Positions 1 to 8,118 of a DNA stretch of 22,981 bases are shown here, one piece after another. How positions within the stretch are numbered: the first letter of the stretch is position 1; the number at the start of each line of letters is the position of its first letter. The translations under genes and the position numbers were made by a program. Below the pieces are notes generated by a model, which was given only the letters and a program-made list of their open reading frames with translations, did no database searches and was not told the origin of the DNA. The DNA comes from a virus (Duplodnaviria > Heunggongvirae > Uroviricota > Caudoviricetes): the IMG/VR virus record IMGVR_UViG_3300047480_000504, one strand, 5' to 3'.

Positions 1-2
1 GT

Positions 3-1574
3 CCTCGGCGTGGCAACTCCGACGATAATGCAGCCGCCGGAGCGTATGTTGCTGTTCCTAAAGCTGGCATGCACGACTGGATTGGTTCCATGGACATTAA
101 CAGTCTGTATCCTTCCCTGATCCGTGCGTTGAATATGAGTCCCGAAACCATCATTGGACAAGTACGCCAGACTCGCACACTAGCTGGTATTGACGAGTTT
201 ATTGCAGAAGGCAAGGGCATCGCAGAATTCTGGGAAGGCAAGTTTGCTTGCTTTGAATACGAATCTGTAATGAATCGCGACATCGGGCAAACTGAGATCA
301 TTGACTGGACAGACGGTACAAGCACACAAATGAGTTCAGCACAAGTATATGACTATGTGTTCCACGGTGGTCAGCCATTGATGATCTCGGGCAATGGTAC
401 TATCTTCAAGTACGATACCAAGGGTGTTATTCCAGGCCTGCTCGAACGCTGGTATGCTGAACGTAAAGAGCTACAAAAGAAGGCCAAAGAAGCATACGGT
501 ACGGACATGTATGACTTCTGGGACAAGCGACAGCTGGTTAAGAAGATTAACTTGAACTCGGCTTATGGTGCGTTGTTGAACGCAGGTAGTCGATTCTTTG
601 ATCAACGACTAGGACAAAGTACTACACTGTGCGGACGTCTTGTTGCACGTCACATGGCAAGTCAAGTTAATGACTGCTTGACAGGCGAGTATGACCATAT
701 GGGCAAAGCCATTATCTATGGTGATACTGACTCTGTTTACTTCTCGGCTGTACCAGTATTCAAAGAACAAATTGAACGTGGTGATATTGATTGGACTGTA
801 GACAAGATCATTGAGCTATATGATGCTATTAGTGACCAAGTAAACGGTACATTCCCGGCGTTTATGAATCGTGCATTCAATGCTCCAGCGAGTCAAGGCG
901 AGATTATCAAAGCAGGTCGAGAAGTAGTTGCCTCTAAAGGCATTTACATGACCAAGAAGCGTTATGCTGTTCTTATTACAGATAAGGAAGGCAAGCGCAA
1001 AGATAAAGATGGATCCAAAGGTGAATTGAAGGCCATGGGTCTGGATATGAAGCGAGCCGATACTCCAGAGTTCATGCAACGTTTCTTGGAAGAAGCACTT
1101 ACTATGACGCTAGAAGGTGCAAGCATGGAAACAGTCATGGCTCGTGTTAAACAATTCCGTGAGGAGTTTAAGAGCCGGCCAGGCTGGGAAAAGGGCACAC
1201 CCAAGCGTGTTAATAATCTAACTAAGCATACAGATACTTACAAGAAAACAGGCAAGTGTGGAGTTGGACATGCAATGGCGGCTATTAACTGGAACCGTAT
1301 TAAAGAAGCGTATGGCGATAGACGTAGTATGGACATCACCGATGGACAGAAAGCTATTGTGTGTAAGCTAAAGAATAATCCGCTCCAAATCAATTCAATT
1401 GCTTATCCAATTGATGAGATGAACCTGCCAGACTGGTTCAAGGAGCTACCATTTGATCATGGTGCGATGGAAGAAAAGATCATCGACTCCAAGATCGATA
1501 ACCTTTTGGGTGTACTTAAATGGGACCTAAATCTAAGTAAGGATAGAGGATTTCTAGATGACTTGTTTTCCTAA
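3..1574 (+). CDS. polB: Family B DNA polymerase, T4 gp43/RB69-like (5'-truncated by window edge)
   Basis: The frame is open from base 3 (…AAGAYVAVPKAGMHDW). It has motif A SMDINSLYPS, motif B KKINLNSAYG, motif C YGDTDS and KKRYA. The C-terminus FLDDLFS resembles the T4-type clamp-binding tail. Confidence 0.97.
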   Translation, partial: PRRGNSDDNAAAGAYVAVPKAGMHDWIGSMDINSLYPSLIRALNMSPETIIGQVRQTRTLAGIDEFIAEGKGIAEFWEGKFACFEYESVMNRDIGQTEIIDWTDGTSTQMSSAQVYDYVFHGGQPLMISGNGTIFKYDTKGVIPGLLERWYAERKELQKKAKEAYGTDMYDFWDKRQLVKKINLNSAYGALLNAGSRFFDQRLGQSTTLCGRLVARHMASQVNDCLTGEYDHMGKAIIYGDTDSVYFSAVPVFKEQIERGDIDWTVDKIIELYDAISDQVNGTFPAFMNRAFNAPASQGEIIKAGREVVASKGIYMTKKRYAVLITDKEGKRKDKDGSKGELKAMGLDMKRADTPEFMQRFLEEALTMTLEGASMETVMARVKQFREEFKSRPGWEKGTPKRVNNLTKHTDTYKKTGKCGVGHAMAAINWNRIKEAYGDRRSMDITDGQKAIVCKLKNNPLQINSIAYPIDEMNLPDWFKELPFDHGAMEEKIIDSKIDNLLGVLKWDLNLSKDRGFLDDLFS

Positions 1575-1579
1575 ATCCC

Positions 1580-1608
1580 TTGACTTTAAAAACTTTTTAA
1601 ACTATAAT
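1580..1608 (+). promoter_or_regulatory. sigma70-type promoter for the clamp/transglycosylase operon
   Basis: TTGACT (1580-1585), 17-bp spacer, TATAAT (1603-1608). SD GGAGA at 1621-1625 precedes ATG 1635. Confidence 0.9.
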
Positions 1609-1634
1609 TGTAACATAACTGGAGAACCACAACA

Positions 1635-2354
1635 ATGCTAAAAGATATTGTGCTTGATGTAGCAAAAAACATCGCAAGTCTAGGAACCTTTGACGAGATC
1701 CTAGTTGAACAAGACGCTGATACTACTAAGTTTACAGCGTATCCCGAGGACTCTACTATTACTGTTCTTGCTAACAGCAAGGCCAAAGTAGATGAACTGC
1801 CAGATGCGTTTGGTATGCTTAACTTGGGCTTCCTAGTAGGTCTAAGCGGCTTGTATCGTTCTGAAGATAGCAAAGTAGCAACTGGCACAAACAACAAGAG
1901 TGAAATTGATCGCTTGGCGTTCAGCGGCGTTGATGGAAACAAAGACGAGTATCGTTTGACTCCTACTAACTTGATGAAGACCAAGAGCCGTTCATTCAAG
2001 GGCACTACATGGGATGTGGTTGTTAAGCCAGCCGCAAACAAGATTAGTGAACTTAGCCAACGTGCAGGCTTGTATGCTAGCATTGATCCTAACTTGGTAG
2101 CAAGTACCGACAATGGTAAGTTGATCTTTACATTTGGTGGTTCAGCTGGCGGTGGCCACAGCGGTAAGTTTGTGTTTGCAGATACTACACAGACACTAAA
2201 GCGTCCAGTGACACTTCCTATTCAAAGTCTGTTGCTTGCACTCAAGACAGCAAGTCAAGGTACTCCTGTCATTAGTATCTCAGAAAAGGTTGCCAAGATC
2301 GAATTCGACTCTGGCGTTATTGCATACGAATACCTGGTAATTGCACAGCAATGA
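1635..2354 (+). CDS. Putative DNA polymerase sliding clamp (gp45-like)
   Basis: 239 aa, clamp-like size, directly after polB whose tail looks like a clamp-binding peptide. Segments FGMLNL, FKGTTWDV, FTFG and DSGVIAYEY resemble the clamp-like family of large phages as I recall it. Confidence 0.7.
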   Translation: MLKDIVLDVAKNIASLGTFDEILVEQDADTTKFTAYPEDSTITVLANSKAKVDELPDAFGMLNLGFLVGLSGLYRSEDSKVATGTNNKSEIDRLAFSGVDGNKDEYRLTPTNLMKTKSRSFKGTTWDVVVKPAANKISELSQRAGLYASIDPNLVASTDNGKLIFTFGGSAGGGHSGKFVFADTTQTLKRPVTLPIQSLLLALKTASQGTPVISISEKVAKIEFDSGVIAYEYLVIAQQ

Positions 2355-3919
2355 GCATCGACTTAACTAAACGAGCAATGGAAGGCAATTATGCCTTCTA
2401 CTTGCCGGCTATTAGTGGATTCTACACTAAGACGCTTGGTAAGATTGCTAGCGACCCTGGTTTTGTGCCGCCAGGTCGTGCGCCAGCTAAGTTTGAAAAG
2501 GGCATCGAAGGCGTAAACTTTCTTGACCCCGAAAACTCTTACTATCATTATGGCGTAGCATTGTACTCAGCAGGACATGCTGATCGTAACTTAACTCGTT
2601 GTGACGATAAAGAGCCAATGATTCACAAACGTGATCGCAATAAGACTATTATTGTAGGTGACAGTTCTGGTTTCCAATTGGCAACTGGCGTTATTAAGAT
2701 GGATTGGAAGAACATTAAGGGTGCCGAAGGTGATAAGTTCCGTGAGGAAATCTTACGCTATCTTGAGCATACTTCAGATTGGTCTATGACACTTGACGTT
2801 CCTGCATTTGCCGCAGTGCCGCCGCTAAGTGCCAAAACTGGTTTGACCAAGTTTGAAGATACGCTAGACATTTCAGTACACAACCTTCATTACTTTATGA
2901 AGCATCGTGTGCCGGGTGCTACAAAGTTCTTAAACGTTATCTCTGGTAGTACACCTGATAACTCCAAGCTGTGGTACGATACTATCAAACACTTTAGTAA
3001 GCCCGAGTCTGTTAAGGAAATGGGTTATGCTGAAGATCGTACTCTAGAAGGTTGGGCGTTTGCTGGTATCAACATGAAGCACATGCCTAGTGTGCTGAAT
3101 CGCTTGCTAGACTTAATTGAAGATGATCTAATTGCTGATAAGGATTGGATTCACTTCTTGGGGATTGGACGACTAAAGTGGGCTTGCTACCTGACTTCAA
3201 TCAAGCGCCAACTGCAAAAGCATTACAATCCTAATATCAACATTAGCTTTGACGCGGCAAGTCCGTTTGTTGCGGCAGGTGGTTATGCATTGTCTTACAA
3301 TTACAACTACTTTACTCCTAACAAGCTAACGTACTCTATGAGTAAGAGTGTTGATAACAAGGCGTTGAAGAACTCTAAGTTGGAAATGCCGCACCAAGGT
3401 CCTATTATGGAACGATTGGTAGCCGGTGATATTTGTTATCTTGGTCCTAACGATCCAAATAAGAATGGTAAGGTTGGTAAAACATCGTGGGACACTTTGT
3501 CTTACTTGTTTATCATGGCCCATAATGTTTACAACCATATTCAAGCCGTGCAAGAAACCCTACGTCTTGCTGATATTGAGTATGCACGTAATCCAAACGT
3601 AGACTATCGTGATGCAACAGGATACGGTAAGAAGGCTCCTAACCTAAGTGAGTTTATTCCAAACGACATCCTGTACTTTAACAACTTTGTTGAAGTGTTG
3701 TTTGATCCAGCTACACCAATGGCAGACAAGCGTCAAATGATTTCGGACAATACAACGTTCTTGAATTCGATTAGTTTTGGTGGTGTCGAAGCCGCACGTA
3801 AGGCCAAGAGCAATGACATCTTTGATACCGCAGAAGAAGTACCTGATGATGACGATATGGCAAGTTTGGACAATGAAAAGTTAATGGACCTTGAAGGAGA
3901 CCTTGACAATGACAATTGA
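2351..3919 (+). CDS. TGT-fold guanine transglycosylase-like protein (DpdA-like)
   Basis: Four TGT-like motifs occur in order: GDSSGFQ (cf. DSGGYQ, catalytic Asp), MTLDVP (cf. MAFDEC), HFLGIG (cf. YLMGVG) and ISFDAASP (cf. MFDCVLP, second catalytic Asp), followed by MAHN. ATGA overlap with the clamp stop. Confidence 0.8.
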   Translation: MSIDLTKRAMEGNYAFYLPAISGFYTKTLGKIASDPGFVPPGRAPAKFEKGIEGVNFLDPENSYYHYGVALYSAGHADRNLTRCDDKEPMIHKRDRNKTIIVGDSSGFQLATGVIKMDWKNIKGAEGDKFREEILRYLEHTSDWSMTLDVPAFAAVPPLSAKTGLTKFEDTLDISVHNLHYFMKHRVPGATKFLNVISGSTPDNSKLWYDTIKHFSKPESVKEMGYAEDRTLEGWAFAGINMKHMPSVLNRLLDLIEDDLIADKDWIHFLGIGRLKWACYLTSIKRQLQKHYNPNINISFDAASPFVAAGGYALSYNYNYFTPNKLTYSMSKSVDNKALKNSKLEMPHQGPIMERLVAGDICYLGPNDPNKNGKVGKTSWDTLSYLFIMAHNVYNHIQAVQETLRLADIEYARNPNVDYRDATGYGKKAPNLSEFIPNDILYFNNFVEVLFDPATPMADKRQMISDNTTFLNSISFGGVEAARKAKSNDIFDTAEEVPDDDDMASLDNEKLMDLEGDLDNDN

Positions 3920-4427
3920 ACGTGTTGCGCCGGATTTCTTTACAGGAGTAGAAGTTGAAAACTCTCCTGCCAAAGGTATGCGGACCTTGTTTGTAGTTGG
4001 ACTTCAACCAGTTGACACAATCATTACTAATGTGTTACACTCTAATGCACAGCACGTTTATATTGGTGCTAATATGAGCTTACACAATTTAGCAAATGAT
4101 GATCACGATTCGTGGCGGGAATGGGATAGGATGATTGAAGGTGTGCTGGAATCTGGTGCAGTTGACTATGTTACAGTGGACTTTACTTCGGCCCAAGTTG
4201 AAGGCTTTTTAGAAAGTCTTGCAAGCGAAGATAATCGTGTAATCCCAATGATTTCGGTCAAACTACCCTATACGAAATTGCTTAACTACAATACAACAAT
4301 TAAAATCGACGATAAGGATTTTAATGCAACGAACCCCGGTGTATGGTGTCATTCTTTACATGACCTTATGGACAGAGAGACATTTACACCTTGGCATGCC
4401 TATGTAGGCGATAACCCTGTAAACTAA
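3909..4427 (+). CDS. Conserved-looking phage protein of unknown function (172 aa), coupled to the transglycosylase
   Basis: SD AAGGAG at 3894-3899 favours ATG 3909 over the TTG at 3891. Overlaps the TGT-like stop. Motifs FTGVEVE, TLFVVG, IKIDDKDF and GVWCH. Confidence 0.75.
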   Translation: MTIERVAPDFFTGVEVENSPAKGMRTLFVVGLQPVDTIITNVLHSNAQHVYIGANMSLHNLANDDHDSWREWDRMIEGVLESGAVDYVTVDFTSAQVEGFLESLASEDNRVIPMISVKLPYTKLLNYNTTIKIDDKDFNATNPGVWCHSLHDLMDRETFTPWHAYVGDNPVN

Positions 4428-4437
4428 GGAAACAAAA

Positions 4438-4635
4438 ATGAGCGATGATGAAGTTAAAGTTGGTAGCTTTAATAAGCCAACAAAGAAGCCAGTCCCAGGA
4501 CGTGCAGTAGCAGAAGGTGCAACGGCTCCAACTGTAGAAGAACTAAATGAAAAGTTAGACACAGTATTGAAGCATCTCCAAGCTATTGACTGGAAGATGT
4601 GGGTCTACTTAAAAGCCAACAACTACATTGACTAA
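4438..4635 (+). CDS. Small hypothetical protein (65 aa) with a short coiled-coil-like segment
   Basis: SD AAGGA upstream; fills the operon gap. Confidence 0.65.
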   Translation: MSDDEVKVGSFNKPTKKPVPGRAVAEGATAPTVEELNEKLDTVLKHLQAIDWKMWVYLKANNYID

Positions 4636-4643
4636 GGAGTAGC

Positions 4644-5015
4644 ATGTCACAAGACATGATTTGGGTTACCTTCCGCAAGGAAGGAGTGCATAGGTATCCT
4701 GCCGCAGGGCATGATCCTAAGCTGGCAAGTGGTGATGAGTATGATGTGAGTTTTTTACAATACCCACATCGACACATGTTCCACTTTAAAGTGTATCTCG
4801 AAGTGTTTCATGATGATCGAGATGTTGAGTTTATTCAGTTCAAGCGTTGGCTCGAAAACCTTTATAACAAGGGCACGTTAGAATTGGATTATAAGTCCTG
4901 TGAAATGATGGCAGATGACCTGTACAAGGAAATCTCCGCAAAGTATACAGATCGGAAAGTTTGGATTGAAGTTTCGGAGGATGGCGAAAATGGATGCCTC
5001 AAGCAATACGCTTAA
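4644..5015 (+). CDS. QueD-like T-fold protein, DpdL-like (candidate 7-carboxy-7-deazaguanine decarboxylase)
   Basis: 123 aa. LQYPHRHMFHF matches the LxxxHRHxF signature I recall for DpdL rather than QueD CxxxHGH. Also has DVEFIQFK, SCEMMA (cf. QueD T/SxE) and IEVSEDGENG. SD AAGGAG. Confidence 0.7.
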   Translation: MSQDMIWVTFRKEGVHRYPAAGHDPKLASGDEYDVSFLQYPHRHMFHFKVYLEVFHDDRDVEFIQFKRWLENLYNKGTLELDYKSCEMMADDLYKEISAKYTDRKVWIEVSEDGENGCLKQYA

Positions 5016-5481
5016 CAATCACGTTAAGTTTAACGATCGCGGCAATCGCGATAACCGTGGCCCACGTGAACAGCGTGGTTACAATAACAACAGCCAGTAC
5101 CAACCTCGTCGTGCTGGCTTAAACATCAACCACATCAAGTTTGACTTGCTGAAAATTAGCGAGTTGTATGATGGCGTGTTGAACGCAGACCTAGGGCACT
5201 TGCCACTAGATTTCTACAATCAGTACCTGACTGATTTGTGCAAGAGCGGTATGATCTTCTCATACTCTATTGATACACCAGAACTTCGTACACACGAAGC
5301 AAGCGGTGACCGTAGCTTTACATATACGGTTAATATCCAAAGCGGGCGCGATCGCGCAAGCAAGGCTCTTAAGATCCACGTTGGATTGTACAAGAGCGCA
5401 TGGTGCCAGGAAACTGTGCATAGTGCCGATGGCATGTGTTGCATGCCAAAACGCTTAGACCGCTTCACAGAGGAAGCGTAA
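4990..5481 (+). CDS. Hypothetical protein (about 163 aa) with an R/N-rich low-complexity N-terminus
   Basis: SD GGAGG at 4976-4980 with 9-nt spacing favours ATG 4990. TAATG coupling to the next gene. Confidence 0.65.
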   Translation: MDASSNTLNNHVKFNDRGNRDNRGPREQRGYNNNSQYQPRRAGLNINHIKFDLLKISELYDGVLNADLGHLPLDFYNQYLTDLCKSGMIFSYSIDTPELRTHEASGDRSFTYTVNIQSGRDRASKALKIHVGLYKSAWCQETVHSADGMCCMPKRLDRFTEEA

Positions 5482-6692
5482 TGCGTAAGCTCTTCTATAT
5501 GGGCCTTGAGCCCTATGAAGGGCGATACACTCTCCAACTCCAGCAATGGAACGAGAGTGTATTTCGCCGCCGTGGCATTGACTATGTTGTAGTGCCAGGA
5601 CAGACTATTGACAATACCAAAGCAATTAGTGTGGGACAAGTGTTAGACGCACATGGCCGAAGCTTCTTTGGTATGAGTCAAATGATGAACTTGGTTCAAA
5701 TGATGCGTAGTGGTGAAGTTACTGGCCAAGACGTTATCTACTTTGAAGACATGTTCCAACCTGGTATCGAATCCCTTCCATACATTATGGATCAGATTCC
5801 ACACCACCAACGTCCCCGTGTTTTTGTACGTTGCCTTGCACAAGCTATTGATCCCGATGACTTTGTTCATGTATGGGGCATGGGTAAGTGGATGAGCCTG
5901 TATGAAAAGATGGTCAATGAGTTTGCTACTGTATTGGCTACCAATGAAGAAATGGTTGCTCACATGCGTATCGCAGGATACGAAGCACCTATCTATAACA
6001 TCAGTGGTTTAGCATTTGGTAAAGATGAAGTACTTGCTCGTGTAAACAATCAAGTTAAGCCGTGGGCTGAACGTGCCGACAGAGTTGTATTTGCCGCAAG
6101 GTTTGACCAAGAGAAGCAACCTGACTTCTTTATGGACTTGATCGAAGCATGGCATCGTAATAACATGCCTTGGGTTGAGTTTGCGGTACTGAGTGGTGGT
6201 CCGTTGCGCAGTAACAATCCTAAATATCTTGAACGTGCGGCGCAGTTAGAAGAACGTGGCATGCTAAAGATCTACAAGGATTTACAAAAGAATCAGTACT
6301 ATAATATTGTCAATGACAGTAAGGTGCTGTTCAATTGTGCGTTGCAAGACTGGGTAAGCAACACTGTAAGTGAAGCAGACACATTAGGCTGTAATGTGCT
6401 GTATCCTGCGTATCGTAGCTTTCCAGAAACGTTTGCAAACGATCACACAAGAATGTATGTGCCGTGGAGCCAACAAGATGCGTTTGACAAATTGACAACA
6501 TTGTTAAAAGCTCCACATCCTGCTATGGGCAAGATTAGTGATTGGAACAATGGTACCATTGATCGCATTTGCGACATTATGGAAACTGCTGGCACAGTTG
6601 CAGAAGGTGGTATGAGTTGTAAGGCCGCTCAGTGGAATCGTGCAGGGAATCGATACCGCGATCATGTTGCAGGAGCAAAGTATAAACTATGA
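5481..6692 (+). CDS. GT-B fold glycosyltransferase (GT4-like)
   Basis: Start inferred from the TAATG overlap and SD GAGG. Has FAARFDQEKQP and QDWVSNTVSEADTLGCNVLYP (a D-X7-E version of the EX7E motif). Confidence 0.85.
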   Translation: MRKLFYMGLEPYEGRYTLQLQQWNESVFRRRGIDYVVVPGQTIDNTKAISVGQVLDAHGRSFFGMSQMMNLVQMMRSGEVTGQDVIYFEDMFQPGIESLPYIMDQIPHHQRPRVFVRCLAQAIDPDDFVHVWGMGKWMSLYEKMVNEFATVLATNEEMVAHMRIAGYEAPIYNISGLAFGKDEVLARVNNQVKPWAERADRVVFAARFDQEKQPDFFMDLIEAWHRNNMPWVEFAVLSGGPLRSNNPKYLERAAQLEERGMLKIYKDLQKNQYYNIVNDSKVLFNCALQDWVSNTVSEADTLGCNVLYPAYRSFPETFANDHTRMYVPWSQQDAFDKLTTLLKAPHPAMGKISDWNNGTIDRICDIMETAGTVAEGGMSCKAAQWNRAGNRYRDHVAGAKYKL

Positions 6693-7684
6693 CAGATAAA
6701 TGGGTCGCCATTACAGGTTGCAATGGTTACATTGGCGGGCAGACTGCATTACGATTTAAAGACCTTGGGTACAAAGTCCTGGGCGTAGATCGTAATGCTA
6801 CTGCTCCTTGGATTACCGAGCAACTAGATCAAGTTATTAAAGGAGACTTTAATAACGCAATGTTCATCAATTCTTTTATTGACAAGAACCCAGTCGCACT
6901 TATTCATATCGCAGGTACAAGTCTAGTGGGACCTAGTATGACAGACCCGGGTCCTTACTATGCTAACAATGTAGGCAACACTGCCAAGCTATTAGCATCT
7001 TTGGCTGAACGTGGCTGGCACAAGACTGTGGTGTTTTCGTCAAGTGCCGCAGTGTATGGCGAGCCTACTGTTAATACACTTACTGAATATAGTCCAACAC
7101 TTCCAATTAGTCCTTATGGGCAAAGCAAGTTGATGGCCGAACAAGTTCTGCGTGATTGTGCAAAAGGTTATGGTTTTAAAACAGTAGCCCTTCGTTATTT
7201 TAATGCATGTGGTGCCGACTCAAAGGTTCGTCATGGACAGTTAAAAGCCGCAACACATGTGATTGCTCGCATCATGGAGACTATTGTCAATAAAGGTGTG
7301 TTCACTTTAAACGGCACCGATTATCCTACAGCTGATGGTACTTGTGTTCGCGACTACTTGCACGTTGAGGATATTGCCGAAGCACATTATCTAGCTACCA
7401 AGTGGGGCGAAGGTGTTGATAAAGGTACTTCAATTGAATTGAATCTTGGCTCTGGTAAAGGTGTAAGCATTACAGAAGTTATCAATTCAGTTGAACGTAT
7501 CACTGGCCGTACTGTATTGGTACATAAAGGTCCTGCGCGAGCTGGTGATCCAGCCACATTAGTTGCCTATGCTGACAAAGCAAAGAAGACCATGGGATGG
7601 ACTCCTGCGAACAGTTCAATTGACAACATTGTAAAGACTGCATGGTCTTGGTATAACTCGGCCGAGTATAGGGGCAGAGCATGA
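6689..7684 (+). CDS. galE: NAD-dependent sugar-nucleotide epimerase, UDP-glucose 4-epimerase-like
   Basis: ITGCNGYIG Rossmann motif, SSSAAVYG, catalytic YGQSK, LRYFNACGA and DGTCVRDYLHVEDIA. Confidence 0.9.
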   Translation: MTDKWVAITGCNGYIGGQTALRFKDLGYKVLGVDRNATAPWITEQLDQVIKGDFNNAMFINSFIDKNPVALIHIAGTSLVGPSMTDPGPYYANNVGNTAKLLASLAERGWHKTVVFSSSAAVYGEPTVNTLTEYSPTLPISPYGQSKLMAEQVLRDCAKGYGFKTVALRYFNACGADSKVRHGQLKAATHVIARIMETIVNKGVFTLNGTDYPTADGTCVRDYLHVEDIAEAHYLATKWGEGVDKGTSIELNLGSGKGVSITEVINSVERITGRTVLVHKGPARAGDPATLVAYADKAKKTMGWTPANSSIDNIVKTAWSWYNSAEYRGRA

Positions 7685-8118
7685 AGATTGGATTTACTTG
7701 TTCTACATTTGACTTGCTACATGCGGGCCACGTGTCTATGCTACAAGAAGCTAAGACACAGTGCGACTATCTAATTTGCGGATTGCAAAACGATCCAACA
7801 TTAGATCGTCCTACTAAAAATAGACCTGTGCAAAGTATTGTTGAACGCCAAATGCAACTCAAAGGTAGTCGATACGTTGACGAAGTTTGGGTTTACAATA
7901 CTGAAAAGGATCTCGAAGACTTGCTATTGACTTTGCCAATTGATGTACGTATACTTGGAGTAGAGTACGAAGGCAAAGAGTTTACTGGTCGAGAAATTTG
8001 TCACAAGCGAGGCATTGATTTATACTTTAACGGTAGGGATCATAGTTTTAGCTCTAGCAACTTGCGTCGACGAGTATACGAAGCAGAAGCAAACAAGGAT
8101 AACAATGAAAATAAATGA
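7681..8118 (+). CDS. Cytidylyltransferase-like protein (TagD/glycerol-3-phosphate cytidylyltransferase family)
   Basis: TFDLLHAGH (HxGH), YVDEV and C-terminal RDHSFSSS. Confidence 0.88.
   Translation: MKIGFTCSTFDLLHAGHVSMLQEAKTQCDYLICGLQNDPTLDRPTKNRPVQSIVERQMQLKGSRYVDEVWVYNTEKDLEDLLLTLPIDVRILGVEYEGKEFTGREICHKRGIDLYFNGRDHSFSSSNLRRRVYEAEANKDNNENK

Noticed and set aside
3-1574. Possible intein or intron in the polymerase (long stretch between motifs A and B)
   Set aside because: The frame is continuous, with no C/S…HN splice motifs or LAGLIDADG blocks. It looks like an ordinary family-specific insertion.
3800-3840. KSNDIFD in the transglycosylase as a clamp-binding motif
   Set aside because: Only weak resemblance to LxxLF-type motifs and not terminal; too little to call.
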